A stretch of DNA of 64,000 bases from Rhodospirillales bacterium (GCA_038143065.1 JAYQLI010000035.1:2176894-2240893), one strand, 5' to 3'. Shown: positions 33,619 to 44,909, counted from the first letter of the stretch. The notes: generated by a model not told the origin, from the sequence alone. A program made the numbers and translations.

Positions 33619-33672
33619 CTGATTTCTCCTGAGTGGGTATGAGCATTTTATGGAACGAAAGGACAAGTTTCC

Positions 33673-34607
33673 ATGCGGATAGCTGTGATTGGTGCTGGAG
33701 GTGTTGGTGCTCCATTTGGTTCAGCTCTTGCCCGGGCAGGAATAGATGTCTGGTTTGTTGTAAGAGGCGCTCATCTAGAAGCAATGCGAAGGGATGGACT
33801 GTATATTAATGGAGCAAGAGGGAATTTTCATTTAAATCCAGTTCAAGCGACTGACGACCCTAGTCAGATTGGTAAAGTTGATTTTGTACTTTCGACTGTA
33901 AAACTTTGGGATGTTGAGAATTCTGCCTCGGTTATTAAGCCTTTAATTGATGGCCATACGGGTGTTGTAACACTTCAAAATGGTATTGATGCGCCAGAGC
34001 GGCTGGGTCGAATAATTGGGGATGACCCGATCATTGGTGGTGTGGCAATAGTAAATGCTGCAATTTCGTCCCCAGGGCACATAAATCAGATGGGCGAGTA
34101 CCAGAGTTTAACTTTTGGAGAACTTAACGGGTCAATAGAAGGCCGCGTTCAGGGATTAAAGGATGCTTGTGATGCAGCTGGTATTGATGCGCGCGTATCC
34201 CTAATATTATTAAGGATCTCTGGGAAAAGTTTGTTTTTTTGGTAAGCGTCTCGACGCTTACTGCTGCATCTCGCCAACGTCTGGAGTTTATTCGTTCTGA
34301 CTCTGACGCTCGTGCCACTTTAATCCGGTTACTCAATGAAGTTACTACAGTTGGGCAAGCAGCAGGAGTCCCCCTTTCTGATGATTTACCTCAGACCAGG
34401 CTTGCAATGATTGATGGGCAAGGTGGTAACTCAATTGCCTCAATGGCTATTGATTTGTTGCGCGGTAATAGACTCGAGTTGCCCTGGTTAGCCTCAAAGG
34501 CAGTAGAATTGGGACGCCAGTATGATGTTAAAATGCCTGCCTTGCAGGCTTTAGTTGGTGTGCTTCGCCCATTTGAAATGGGATCACCAACCTTGCCTGA
34601 TCTCTGA
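33673..34607 (+). CDS. 2-dehydropantoate 2-reductase (PanE/ApbA family); frameshift near 34200
   Basis: GAGGVG, VKLWD, LQNG, WEK (restored frame) and SMAIDLLRGNRLEL. Confidence 0.85.
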
Positions 34608-34706
34608 TATTTTAAATATGTCATTCATGTCTAACGGCTGATAGATCAATATTTCACGGGCTAGCTATCTGGTATTCATGGCTGCTCCTTTAAGCCTAAA
34701 AAAGGT

Positions 34707-35543
34707 TTGCTTTTAATGGTCCAAATAACAGGCATGACGCGTTTGATTGCACACATTGGCTGGCCCACTGAGCCATTCAAAGCCCCGCTTATATATAATC
34801 CATGGTTCGAGAAAGCAGGTATTGATGCCGTTGTCGTTCCTATGGGCGCAACTGCCCAAGATTACCCAGAATTTTTTAAGTATGTTTTCAGGTTATCTAA
34901 TATTCTAGGCGCCCTGGTAACTATGCCTCATAAACGTACAACAGCCTCATTAGTAGATCGCCAAAGCCGAGCTGTTGCTATTGCTGGAGCCTGTAATGCT
35001 GTTCGTTTAGGAGTTGATGGTAAGCTAGAAGGTGACCTCTTTGATGGTTATGGCTTTGTTTCCGCGATGATGCGTGCTGGAGAAAAAATTAAGAATTTTT
35101 CTGCATTGATCGTTGGAGCTGGTGGGGTTGGTTCAGCAATTGCTGGAGCCTTGGCTGAACATGATGTTGGTCAACTTGGACTTTATGATGTAGTGCCTGG
35201 CTTGTCAGAGCAGCTTAGAGATCGGCTACACACACATTTTAAAAATTTGGAAATTAAAACCGGCAGTAATGACCCAAAAGGTTATGATATTATTGTCAAT
35301 GCAACCCCAATTGGTCTCGCAGCTGGTGACCCAATCTCTGTGGATGTTTCCCGTATTTCGCCAACTGCTTTTGTGGGTGAGGTGGTAATGTCAGACACGC
35401 CGCTTCTGGCTGCAGCCAAGGCGCGTGGGTGTCGTATCCAATCAGGACTCTCGATGAATTATGAGCAAATTCCCGCGTATTTAAACTTTTTTGGATTGCC
35501 ATCCACCGATCCAGAAACGTTGCAAAGTTTTGCAAGGGTCTGA
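34707..35543 (+). CDS. Shikimate dehydrogenase family protein
   Basis: VTMPHK, ACNAV, DGYGF, GAGGVG and NATPIG. Confidence 0.88.
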   Translation: MLLMVQITGMTRLIAHIGWPTEPFKAPLIYNPWFEKAGIDAVVVPMGATAQDYPEFFKYVFRLSNILGALVTMPHKRTTASLVDRQSRAVAIAGACNAVRLGVDGKLEGDLFDGYGFVSAMMRAGEKIKNFSALIVGAGGVGSAIAGALAEHDVGQLGLYDVVPGLSEQLRDRLHTHFKNLEIKTGSNDPKGYDIIVNATPIGLAAGDPISVDVSRISPTAFVGEVVMSDTPLLAAAKARGCRIQSGLSMNYEQIPAYLNFFGLPSTDPETLQSFARV

Positions 35544-35606
35544 AAGAGAGTAAACAACTTATCGCAAGTTAATGGAGCTAGAAAATTAGTCGCTGAGCCC
35601 CAAAAG

Positions 35607-36365
35607 TTATAGTCTCCACCCTCTGTGAAGTGCGACCACACCCTTCGTCATATCTCGCCATGAGACCCGATCAAAACCAGCATCTTCCATAAGTGCAGCA
35701 AGTGTTGGTTGATTGGGAAAGCGTCTGATGCTCTCAACAAGGTATTGGTACGAACTGCGATCTCCCGTCGTGGCTTGGCCTAATGCTGGGATAACGGAAA
35801 AAGAATATTTATCGTAGAGCGATTGCAGAGTTGGCTCCAAGATCTTGCTGAATTCCAGGCAAAAAAAACGTCCTCCTGGTTTCAGAATTCTCCGCATTTC
35901 ACGTAATGCAGATAGTCGATCAGTCACGTTTCTAAGACCAAAGGAAATCGTAACAGCATCAGCACTGCAATCTGGTAATGGTAAACGTTCAGCATCTCCT
36001 GTTAACCAATCCACCCCCGCTATGCCTTTATCTATTGCTCGGTCACGTCCTACAGAAACCATTTGGGCGTTGGCATCTATAACGATAGCTTCAAGCATAC
36101 CTCTGGCATGACTTTGTGCTCGGAAAACAATGTCTCCTGTGCCGCCTGCAACATCAATTACACGTTCGCCCGCAACTGGGTTAAGTTCAGCAATGAGCGC
36201 TGATTTCCAGAAACGGTGTAGACCTCCGCTCATAAGATCGTTCATGAGGTCGTATCTGGATGCAACGGAGTCAAAAACACCTCTAACCCGCTTAGCTTTC
36301 TCGGCGCGAGGTACTTCCATAAAGCCAAAATCAATTATATCAGTAGGTGTCTGATTTTCAGTCAT
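35607..36365 (-). CDS. ubiE: Ubiquinone/menaquinone C-methyltransferase
   Basis: FDSVASRYDLMNDLMSGGLHRFWK, DVAGGTGD and FGLRNV. Confidence 0.96.
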   Translation of the reverse strand: MTENQTPTDIIDFGFMEVPRAEKAKRVRGVFDSVASRYDLMNDLMSGGLHRFWKSALIAELNPVAGERVIDVAGGTGDIVFRAQSHARGMLEAIVIDANAQMVSVGRDRAIDKGIAGVDWLTGDAERLPLPDCSADAVTISFGLRNVTDRLSALREMRRILKPGGRFFCLEFSKILEPTLQSLYDKYSFSVIPALGQATTGDRSSYQYLVESIRRFPNQPTLAALMEDAGFDRVSWRDMTKGVVALHRGWRL

Positions 36366-36413
36366 AGTGTAAATGAAAATAGCGATAATTTCGCAGAGTT
36401 GCTACCAAAACAA

Positions 36414-37235
36414 ATGCCAGAGCTTCCAGAAGTCGAAACCTCAATGCGCGGGCTCGCTAGTGCCATTCAAGGCCGTGAGCTAAAGAGAGTTCGGGCAATG
36501 CGTGCGGATCTTCGTTTCCCCCTGCCGGCAGGATTTAGTGACCGCTTACAGGGCCGCACGGTAGAGGGATTAGAAAGACGTGCAAAGTATATCCTTGTTA
36601 GATTAACCGGAGGTCTAACTTGGCTTATTCACCTCGGAATGTCTGGACGCTTGATCGTAGGCAAGGGACATCTGCCTTCACTGGAAAAACACGATCATGT
36701 CACCATTGAAACCACCTCAGGGTATGTAATTTATCAAGATGCCCGGCGCTTTGGATTCATGGACTTGTTTGAAGCTAGTGCAGAGTTAAGTCATCCTCGT
36801 TTGAAAGATTTAGGTCTTGAGCCTTTGACAGACCTTAGTAGTTCTTCCCTCGCTTCAGTCTTAAAAGGCCGGTCATCGTCTGTGAAGGCAGCTCTTCTTG
36901 ACCAAAGATTGATTGCCGGACTTGGCAACATCTATGCTTCGGAAGCTTTATTTAGAGCAAAAGTTAGGCCAGCGCGCGCGGCTGGAATGTTGACACGGTC
37001 AGAGATCAAGCGACTAGTGAAAGCGATCCCTGAGGTATTAGCCGAAGCAATAAAGGCCGGCGGTTCTTCTTTGCGCGATTATCGCCAGCCGTCAGGCGAA
37101 CTTGGTTATTTTAAAGCATCTTGGGCGGTTTACGGGCGTGAAGGTCAAGCTTGTGTTCATTGCAGAAAAGGTATCGTAGCAAGGGTTGTTCAGTCTGGAC
37201 GGTCGTCCTTCTATTGTCCGAAGTGTCAACGATAG
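36414..37235 (+). CDS. mutM: Formamidopyrimidine-DNA glycosylase
   Basis: MPELPEVE, HLGMSG, GLGNIYASE and C-terminal Zn finger. Confidence 0.97.
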   Translation: MPELPEVETSMRGLASAIQGRELKRVRAMRADLRFPLPAGFSDRLQGRTVEGLERRAKYILVRLTGGLTWLIHLGMSGRLIVGKGHLPSLEKHDHVTIETTSGYVIYQDARRFGFMDLFEASAELSHPRLKDLGLEPLTDLSSSSLASVLKGRSSSVKAALLDQRLIAGLGNIYASEALFRAKVRPARAAGMLTRSEIKRLVKAIPEVLAEAIKAGGSSLRDYRQPSGELGYFKASWAVYGREGQACVHCRKGIVARVVQSGRSSFYCPKCQR

Positions 37236-37282
37236 GCTATTCAGCTGTCAAACAATAAAGGGCTAGCTTGGAGGTTTCATCA

Positions 37283-38058
37283 ATGGCTTTCGATTTTGTT
37301 ATTTCGGAAAAGCGTGGCCGAGTTGGTCTAATTACTCTCAATCGGCCAAAGGCTCTCAACGCTCTATGTGCGCAGCTTGTGGATGAGTTAGCTCAAATTA
37401 TTGATCAATTTGAAGCGAATCCTGAAATAGGTGCGATAGTTCTTACTGGTAGCGACAAAGCTTTCGCTGCAGGCGCTGACATAAAAGAGATGCAGTCCAA
37501 GACTTACATGGATGCATACATGGAAGATTTCATAACGGTTAATTGGGAGCGAATTGCGAGTTGTAGGAAGCCCACCATTGCTGCTGTTGCCGGATATGCT
37601 CTTGGAGGCGGCTGCGAGGTGGCAATGATGTGCGATATGATTATTGCCGCGACCACAGCAAAATTTGGTCAGCCTGAAATCAATCTTGGTGTTATCCCCG
37701 GGGTGGTGGGACTCAACGACTCACTCGAGCTGTTGGGAAATCAAAGGCAATGGAAATGTGCCTAACTGGGAGAATGATGGATGCTGAAGAGGCTGAGCGT
37801 TCTGGCCTAGTGGCTCGAGTGGTCAAGGCTGATGAACTTTTAACCGAGGCAATGAAAACTGGAGCTGAAATTGCGGATAAATCACTTCCAGTTGCGATGA
37901 TTTGTAAAGAATCGATTAACCGAGCTTATGAAGGAACTTTGGCTGAGGGAGTTCGTTTTGAGCGTCGGCTGTTCCACTCCTGCTTTGCTACTGAAGATCA
38001 ATCTGAGGGCATGGCAGCTTTTATTGAGAAGCGGCAGCCAACGTTTGCGCATAAATAG
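37283..38058 (+). CDS. Enoyl-CoA hydratase; frameshift near 37700
   Basis: [27 protein letters not shown] and FGQPE. Confidence 0.92.
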
Positions 38059-38110
38059 CCCCTGGAGAGTATCAATTGGGCTGTTTTCTGTGAGTTGATA
38101 ACGACATCTC

Positions 38111-38140
38111 TTGACGTTAGTAGTGGCATGGCTTTATAGA
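38111..38140 (+). promoter_or_regulatory. Putative sigma-70 promoter of rpsT
   Basis: TTGACG-N18-TATAGA. Confidence 0.55.
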
Positions 38141-38206
38141 CCCACGCTGACGTTTTTAAACGCCCGCCTAATTAATGTTTGTAAATTTAAGTGGAACACA
38201 ACACAG

Positions 38207-38470
38207 ATGGCTAATAGTAAGCAGGCAGAGAAGCGGATCCGCCAGACTCGCCGCCGCACCAGTGTTAACCGGATGCGTGTAAGTCGCTACCGTACATTTG
38301 TGAAAAAAGTTGAGTTGGCAATTGCTGCTGGCGATAAAGATGTTGCATCCGCAGCATTACAAAGCGCCCAGCCAATTATGCATAGTGCTGTTAACAAGGG
38401 CATCATTCATCGCAACACAGTCAATCGGAAACTTTCCAGGTTGGCGCGCCGCGTAAATTTAATGGCCTAA
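38207..38470 (+). CDS. rpsT: 30S ribosomal protein S20
   Basis: [13 protein letters not shown]...[16 protein letters not shown]. Confidence 0.97.
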   Translation: MANSKQAEKRIRQTRRRTSVNRMRVSRYRTFVKKVELAIAAGDKDVASAALQSAQPIMHSAVNKGIIHRNTVNRKLSRLARRVNLMA

Positions 38471-38500
38471 TACTCAATTCAGAGATTTTTGATTTAGATG

Positions 38501-38533
38501 CGCCGGGAAATGTCCCGGCGTTTTTTTTTTTTT
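38501..38533 (+). terminator. Rho-independent terminator of rpsT
   Basis: CGCCGGGA-aatg-TCCCGGCG followed by T13. Confidence 0.9.
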
Positions 38534-38864
38534 GGGGCTCCTGATTTGATGATTCGTAATCGTTCCAAACGCTTGTGGGAGTCCCGACTCCTGGGCCGAG
38601 AGAGTCAAGTCGCTTTTATTGCAAATTTATTAAATCGTTGGATTGCGCGAGGAGACTGGTCTAGTTACTTTTGTCTCATAACAATAAAAAAAGAATCTAA
38701 CTGTTAGAGGTATAAGTAACAAAAACGATTATGCTTACTTTGTTATAAAAAACAGATAACTGATCAGGTTCTTAAATAAAAAATATGTAAAACATAATAA
38801 AAATGTCCCTTATCAGGAGCATTTATTGCAATTGTATTAATAGAGTGAGGCTGAGTGTAGTGTA

Positions 38865-39278
38865 ATGTATGCTGGCGACTTGTCACCAAATGATGCATTA
38901 AAACTTCTCCATGATGATACGTCAGCCCGGCTTGTAGATGTTAGGACTGATGCTGAATGGTCCTATGTCGGAGTCCCGGATCTTTCTACTGCTGCTAGTG
39001 ACCTTGTTTTGCTTAGTTGGCAGCGTTTCCCATCGATGCAGGTTGATCCAGACTTTCTTAGCCAGCTATCAAAAATTGCGCCGAATCTTTCTGCGCCACT
39101 ATTGTTTCTTTGCAGGTCTGGAGTTCGTTCTCAGTCTGCAGCTGTAGCAGCTACCTCGGCAGGTTACACATCGGCCTTTAACGTTGCTGGTGGATTTGAG
39201 GGAGATAAAAATTCTGATGGGCATCGTGGAAAAATAAATGGCTGGAAGGCTCTAGGCTTGCCTTGGGTTCAGGGATAA
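38865..39278 (+). CDS. Single-domain rhodanese-like protein
   Basis: LVDVRT, active loop LCRSGVRS, GGFEG and GW. Confidence 0.9.
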   Translation: MYAGDLSPNDALKLLHDDTSARLVDVRTDAEWSYVGVPDLSTAASDLVLLSWQRFPSMQVDPDFLSQLSKIAPNLSAPLLFLCRSGVRSQSAAVAATSAGYTSAFNVAGGFEGDKNSDGHRGKINGWKALGLPWVQG

Positions 39279-39283
39279 AGGCG

Positions 39284-40647
39284 ATGGTTAGTATGGAAGA
39301 GCAGCGTAATGCTGAATGGGCTCGTCTGAGGGGGCGTCTTCGCGCAGAATTTGGTGATGGAGTGTTTCGAAGCTGGCTTCAGCCACTGACTTTGATTTCA
39401 GTTGAGAACAACAAGGTTGTTCTTGGAGTGCCAACTCGATTCGTTCGTGATCGTGTTGTGGCGTTATATGGGTCACGTCTCAGAGAACTATGGCGTGAGG
39501 AAGATAACGAAGTTGGCCAAATTAACTTTGTGATTGATGCTAATATTGCTGGCCGCAAGCCCAGTGTGGTGGCTCCCCCCGAGCCTGATCCTCCGGAGTT
39601 TGATCTTGATGGATGGGCGGAAGGTGTATCGTCGCCTCTTGATCAGCGCTTGTCCTTTGAGAATTTTGTTGTTGGTAATCCCAATGAATTTGCGTTTGCA
39701 GCGTGTATGCGAGCCGTGGAAAACGAGACTCCAGCATACAACCCGCTTTTTCTCTATGGAGGAGTGGGTTTAGGCAAAACACATCTTATGCATTCCACGG
39801 CGGCCGCTCTTCAGGCGAAATATCCTAAGAAGCGAGTCCTTTATTTAACAGCTGAGAAATTTCTTTATCAATTTATTAGAGCTCTTCGGGCGCAAGAAAC
39901 TGTTCCTTTCAAGGAGCTATTTAGGTCAGTCGATGTTCTACTAGTTGATGACATTCAGTTTTTGTGTGGCCGAGACGCAACCCAAGAGGAATTTTTTCAT
40001 ACCTTTAATGCGTTAGTTGAACAGGGACGTCAGGTCATTGTATCTGCTGATGCTTCTCCAAGCGATATAGAGGGTATGGAGGACCGCCTTAAATCCCGCC
40101 TGGGATGGGGATTAGTAGTGGAGTTGAGCCCAACAAATTACGAATTACGTTTCGCAATTCTTGAGAAGAAGGCGAAAGAAAAAGGGCTAGAGTTAGACCC
40201 CCGTATTTTGGAATTTGTAGCTCAGCGAATTGCCACTAATGTGCGCTAGCTATAGGGAGCGTTGAATAGGCTTGTGGCTCATAGTCAGCTATCTGGTCGA
40301 GCAATAACACTCGATTCAGCTCAAAGTGCTCTTCGTGATCTACTTAGGGCGAGTGAGCGTCGGGTATCTATTGAAGAGATCCAGAAACAAGTCGCAGAAC
40401 ACTTCAACATTCGCCTCGCAGATATGAGCTCTCCTCGTCGGGCACGTGCCGTAGCTAGGCCGCGCCAAGTAGCAATGTATCTAGCCAAGCATTTGACGTC
40501 TCGGTCACTGCCTGAGATTGGACGGAGGTTTGGGGGCGTGATCACACAACAGTGATGCATGCGATCCGAAAAATCGAAGAATTGTCATCGGGTGACGCTG
40601 TCCTATCGGAGGATATTAGGCTTATTCGTCGTTCTCTGGAAAATTGA
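39284..40647 (+). CDS. dnaA: Chromosomal replication initiator DnaA; two in-frame TAG (40247, 40253) and a frameshift near 40532
   Basis: [40 protein letters not shown] and [10 protein letters not shown] (restored frame). Confidence 0.96.
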
Positions 40648-40761
40648 GACTGCTTCTAACGGGTTTTGCGCTCTATCGCGCCTGCGTCGATGGGACGGTT
40701 CCATGAATCAGTATTACGCGCTATTGAAGCGGCGAAGCCAATTTCATCCAAGTCGTAGCCT

Positions 40762-41934
40762 ATGAGTGATCCCCTGCCACATTCTGGCCTCTTGCCGACT
40801 GGTCTTATTGATGCGCTGCCTCCAGACGCGGAGCGCGACAGTTTAGCTGCTGAACGCGCTTTGAATTTATTAGCTGCTTATGGGTATCAGCAGGTTTCTC
40901 CACCTTTACTTGAATTCGAGGAGAGTTTTCTTTCAGGAGCTGGAGAGCCGCTAGCTCGTGAAACCTTTAGGATCATGGATCCCGCATCTCAGCGCATGCT
41001 CGTTCTTCGATCAGATATGACCCCCCAAATCTCTCGCATTGCAGCAAGTCGATTGGGTAACGTGCCCCGTCCTCTTCGTCTATGTTATATTGGGCAAGTT
41101 CTGCGTGTTTCTGGTGGACGACCAGGAGCTGAACGGCAATTGCGGCAAGCAGGGGCAGAGCTGATAGGTTCTTCGCGTCCAGAAGCAGATGCTGAAATTA
41201 TTTTACTTGCTGCTGCAGCACTTCGGGCCATCGGCGGTGAACGTGTGACTGTCGACTTGAACGTGCCACACATGGCGAGTAGGGCAGCTGTGGCTGCGGG
41301 TTTGATTGATTGTGTTACTCAAGAATTCCTGGATGCACTGGACCGAAAGGATATCTCGGAAATTGGTAGGGTTGCTCCTAACGCGGCAGATCTTCTCGGT
41401 AAGTTAATAGATGCTGGGGGTGACGCGGACTCTGCTTTATCATTAATTGATAAACTTCAACTTGATGATGGCTCAGCAAAACGCGTTAACAAATTGAGGA
41501 CCATCGTTGACTTAGTTCGGCGAGAGACTCCTGACTTGTCATTAACGATTGATTATGTCGAGCATCGTGGTTTTGACTACTATTCCGATGTAGCTTTCTC
41601 TCTGTTTGCTAAAGGGCGATTGGGCGAGCTTGGAAGGGGAGGGCGCTATCAGGCGCCTGTTCGAGAAGGTGGAGATCCCCATGGCGAACCGGCAGTAGGG
41701 TTTAGCTTATTTATGTCTGCAGTAGGTCAGGCAGCTGAACATCAAGTACCTCCAAGCCGTGTTTTTCTTCCCTATGGTGTCAATATGATGAAGGCTAGAC
41801 ATGAAATTCGGCTGGCTGGCTGCGTTGCTGTTTCAGGCTTAGACCCCAACCTAGATCCATATCAGGAAGCAAAACGACTTGAATGTCAGGGCCTCTGGCA
41901 TGGTGGAAAAATCGAATTCTTTAAGGAAGGTTAG
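40762..41934 (+). CDS. hisZ: ATP phosphoribosyltransferase regulatory subunit
   Basis: LPTGLIDALP, LRSDMTPQISR, QAGAELIG and GGRY; upstream of purA. Confidence 0.92.
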   Translation: MSDPLPHSGLLPTGLIDALPPDAERDSLAAERALNLLAAYGYQQVSPPLLEFEESFLSGAGEPLARETFRIMDPASQRMLVLRSDMTPQISRIAASRLGNVPRPLRLCYIGQVLRVSGGRPGAERQLRQAGAELIGSSRPEADAEIILLAAAALRAIGGERVTVDLNVPHMASRAAVAAGLIDCVTQEFLDALDRKDISEIGRVAPNAADLLGKLIDAGGDADSALSLIDKLQLDDGSAKRVNKLRTIVDLVRRETPDLSLTIDYVEHRGFDYYSDVAFSLFAKGRLGELGRGGRYQAPVREGGDPHGEPAVGFSLFMSAVGQAAEHQVPPSRVFLPYGVNMMKARHEIRLAGCVAVSGLDPNLDPYQEAKRLECQGLWHGGKIEFFKEG

Positions 41935-41940
41935 CCGATC

Positions 41941-43233
41941 ATGACTAGTGTGGTGGTCGTTGGCTCCCAGTGGGGCGATGAAGGCAAAGGGAAAATTGTT
42001 GATTGGTTAGCCGATCGAGCGGAATTAGTTGTTCGCTTTCAGGGTGGGCATAATGCTGGTCATACCATCCAAACGGGAGGGCAGACCTATAAACTCAGCT
42101 TGCTTCCCTCTGGTGTGACACGTGGATCTCTGTCTGTTATTGGAAATGGAGTGGTTATTGACCCTTGGGCTCTTTTTGAGGAAATCGATCGAGTGTCCGC
42201 TCAGGGTCTAAGCATAACTCCAGAAGTGCTGCGAATTGCTGACAATGCAACCGTCATTTTGCCCTTTTATGCGGATTTAGATAAAGCGCGGGAATTAGCT
42301 CGAGGAAAATCTGCAATCGGTACCACTGGCCGGGGCATTGGTATCGCTTACGAAGATAAGGTAGCACGTCGTTCAATACGAGTGATTGATCTGATGGAAC
42401 CAGAAACGCTAGAATTAAAGGTTCCTCCCCTATTAGATCATCACAACGCTCTAATGCGCGGCTTGGGGCAAGAAGAGATTTCAGGAACTAATCTGAAACG
42501 GCAGCTTCTGGAAGTGGGTGCTCGATTAGCTCCTTATGTGGAGGCAACATGGGATCGCGTAGAGCATTCAGCCCGGCAAGGTAAACGCATGTTGTTTGAA
42601 GGTGCCCAGGGTGCTCTTTTAGACGTTGATCATGGCACATATCCTTTTGTTACGTCCTCTAATACGGTGGCTGGAGCAGCTGCGGTTGGTTCTGGTCTTG
42701 GTCCAGGATCTGTTGGATATATTCTCGGTATTACAAAGGCCTACACGACCAGAGTTGGCTCTGGCCCGTTTCCGACTGAGCTGACCGATGATATTGGCCG
42801 CGGCTTAGGAGAGAGGGGTCGTGAGTTTGGAACGGTCACAAGCCGCGCGCGGCGATGTGGTTGGTTTGACGCCGTTCTGGTTCGACAAACTAGTAGGATA
42901 GGTGGAATCGACGGCATGGCTCTTACAAAATTAGATGTCCTTGACGGTCTTGATGAAGTAAAGATTTGCATCGCGTATGAAGATGCTTCAGGCAAACGCC
43001 ATGACAGATTGCCAGCGTCCATGAAATTACAAGCAGAGTGCCACCCTATCTATGAGACACTCAAGGGATGGAGTGCAAGTACGCAAGGTGCTCGAAGTTG
43101 GTTAGATCTTCCTGCTGAAGCAATAAAATATGTTCGTAGGATTGAAGAGCTAGTCGGAATTCCCGTTGCGTTGCTTTCGACGAGCCCTGACAGGGACGAT
43201 ACCATCATGGTCCGCGACCCCTACGAAAATTGA
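41941..43233 (+). CDS. purA: Adenylosuccinate synthetase
   Basis: [22 protein letters not shown] and TKLDVL. Confidence 0.98.
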   Translation: MTSVVVVGSQWGDEGKGKIVDWLADRAELVVRFQGGHNAGHTIQTGGQTYKLSLLPSGVTRGSLSVIGNGVVIDPWALFEEIDRVSAQGLSITPEVLRIADNATVILPFYADLDKARELARGKSAIGTTGRGIGIAYEDKVARRSIRVIDLMEPETLELKVPPLLDHHNALMRGLGQEEISGTNLKRQLLEVGARLAPYVEATWDRVEHSARQGKRMLFEGAQGALLDVDHGTYPFVTSSNTVAGAAAVGSGLGPGSVGYILGITKAYTTRVGSGPFPTELTDDIGRGLGERGREFGTVTSRARRCGWFDAVLVRQTSRIGGIDGMALTKLDVLDGLDEVKICIAYEDASGKRHDRLPASMKLQAECHPIYETLKGWSASTQGARSWLDLPAEAIKYVRRIEELVGIPVALLSTSPDRDDTIMVRDPYEN

Positions 43234-43289
43234 GACTTATTAAAACAGTCTCAATTTTTTCAGCATATAACTGGGAATACTCTCAACGG

Positions 43290-44909
43290 TCACGCAGAGA
43301 GTTCAAATCCCTCGTATCCGGCCTCAGCAACCTCATCACACTTCTTTTTATAAGTATGAACCCCGCCGACATATGGCATAAATATTCTTGGTTTTCCCGG
43401 TATATTTGATCCCATGTACCAAGAATTGGCCATGGGGTAGAGAGTTTGGTCGGCAACCCAATTATTGTGAGCAACCCAACCTTTCTCGGCTTCCTGGGTA
43501 GCAGTAATGCGACGATAGTTACTGCTTCGGAGGTGAACCAAACAGTTTGCAATCCAATCTACATGTTGTTCGCAAGACAAAATCATTTGGCTTTTAACAC
43601 CTGGGCTCTGAGGTCCTGTCACCATGAACAGATTAGGGAAGTCAGCCATCATAATGCCTAAATAAGTGGCCGGTCCATCTTGCCACTTGGTGTGAATATC
43701 CGCTCCCAAATCAGTACGAATATCAATCTCTTTCATCGCGCCTGTCATGGCATCAAAGCCTGTGGCAAAGATGATTGCATCCAGAATGTACTCTTTAGAG
43801 CCCGTTTTAATGCCAGTCTTTGTAATTGCCTGGATAGGATCCTTACGAATATTCACAAGATCTACATTTGGGCGGTTGTAGGTCTCATAGTAATTGGTGT
43901 CTAGGATAAGCCGTTTTGTCCCAATCGGGTGGTCATTGGGGCATAAGGCTTCAGCAGTTTCTTGATCTTTAACAGTTGTACGTATTTTGTTTCGAACGAA
44001 GTCTGACGCTGTATCGTTAGCTTCTTCATTTGTCAGGAGGTCTGTGAAGGAATACAGGAAGCTTATGCTGCCCCCCTCTTGCCATTTAGCTTCATAGATT
44101 GCGTTCCGCTCATCTTCTGAAACTTCCAATGCTGATTTTGTCGGTGGCGGATATCCGGCTATACCAAAAGGGGTATCATATGCTGCTTCTCGACGTTCCC
44201 GATTCGTGGCCTTATGGGGTTGTTCGCGGGCATCGGTCATTGGTTCATTGCGAGCAGGAAGGCTGAAATTAGCTGTCCTCTGAAACACGTAAAGATGTTC
44301 CGCCTGGGAAGCAATTATTGGAATTGATTGAACGCCTGACGATCCCGTCCCAATAATTCCAACACGTTTATTTTTAAAATCCACTCCTTCATGTGGCCAT
44401 AATCCAGTGTGGAACCATTCTCCTTCAAAATCATCGATGCCTTGAATGGACGGCTTTCTAGGCGTGGAAAGGTTACCTGTTGCCATGATGCAGTATGGTG
44501 CAGTTATGATCTCGTCCTTGTCTGTTTTAACCGTCCAGAGTCCTGTTTTGTCCTCAAACTGGGCCGATATCACTCGTGTTTTAAACTGAATATTACGACG
44601 TAGGTCAAAACGGTCAGCTACATGATTTACGTATTCTAGGATTTCTCCCTGATTGCCGTAGCGCTCTGGCCAATGCCAATCTTGTTCTAGCTCTGGATCA
44701 AATGAAAACGAATATTCGAGACTTTCAACGTCACAACGGCAGCCTGGATATCGGTTCCAGTACCATGTTCCTCCAACACCATCACCTGCCTCAAACGCTT
44801 TCACCTCAAAACCGAGGCCACGAAGTTTATGAATTGCATAAAGGCCAGCGACGCCTGCTCCTACGATGATGACGTCTAGGTTTTTTGTCGTTTGCTTCAT
44901 AATTTTCAC
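43290..44909 (-). CDS. Type I Baeyer-Villiger monooxygenase
   Basis: GAGVAG, GGTWYWNRYPG, fingerprint FEGEWFHTGLWP and GTGSSG. Confidence 0.95.
   Translation of the reverse strand: MKIMKQTTKNLDVIIVGAGVAGLYAIHKLRGLGFEVKAFEAGDGVGGTWYWNRYPGCRCDVESLEYSFSFDPELEQDWHWPERYGNQGEILEYVNHVADRFDLRRNIQFKTRVISAQFEDKTGLWTVKTDKDEIITAPYCIMATGNLSTPRKPSIQGIDDFEGEWFHTGLWPHEGVDFKNKRVGIIGTGSSGVQSIPIIASQAEHLYVFQRTANFSLPARNEPMTDAREQPHKATNRERREAAYDTPFGIAGYPPPTKSALEVSEDERNAIYEAKWQEGGSISFLYSFTDLLTNEEANDTASDFVRNKIRTTVKDQETAEALCPNDHPIGTKRLILDTNYYETYNRPNVDLVNIRKDPIQAITKTGIKTGSKEYILDAIIFATGFDAMTGAMKEIDIRTDLGADIHTKWQDGPATYLGIMMADFPNLFMVTGPQSPGVKSQMILSCEQHVDWIANCLVHLRSSNYRRITATQEAEKGWVAHNNWVADQTLYPMANSWYMGSNIPGKPRIFMPYVGGVHTYKKKCDEVAEAGYEGFELSA

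Noticed and set aside
38534-38864. Replication origin next to dnaA
   Set aside because: The region is AT-rich, but I found no good TTATCCACA boxes. Alphaproteobacterial origins are often located away from dnaA.
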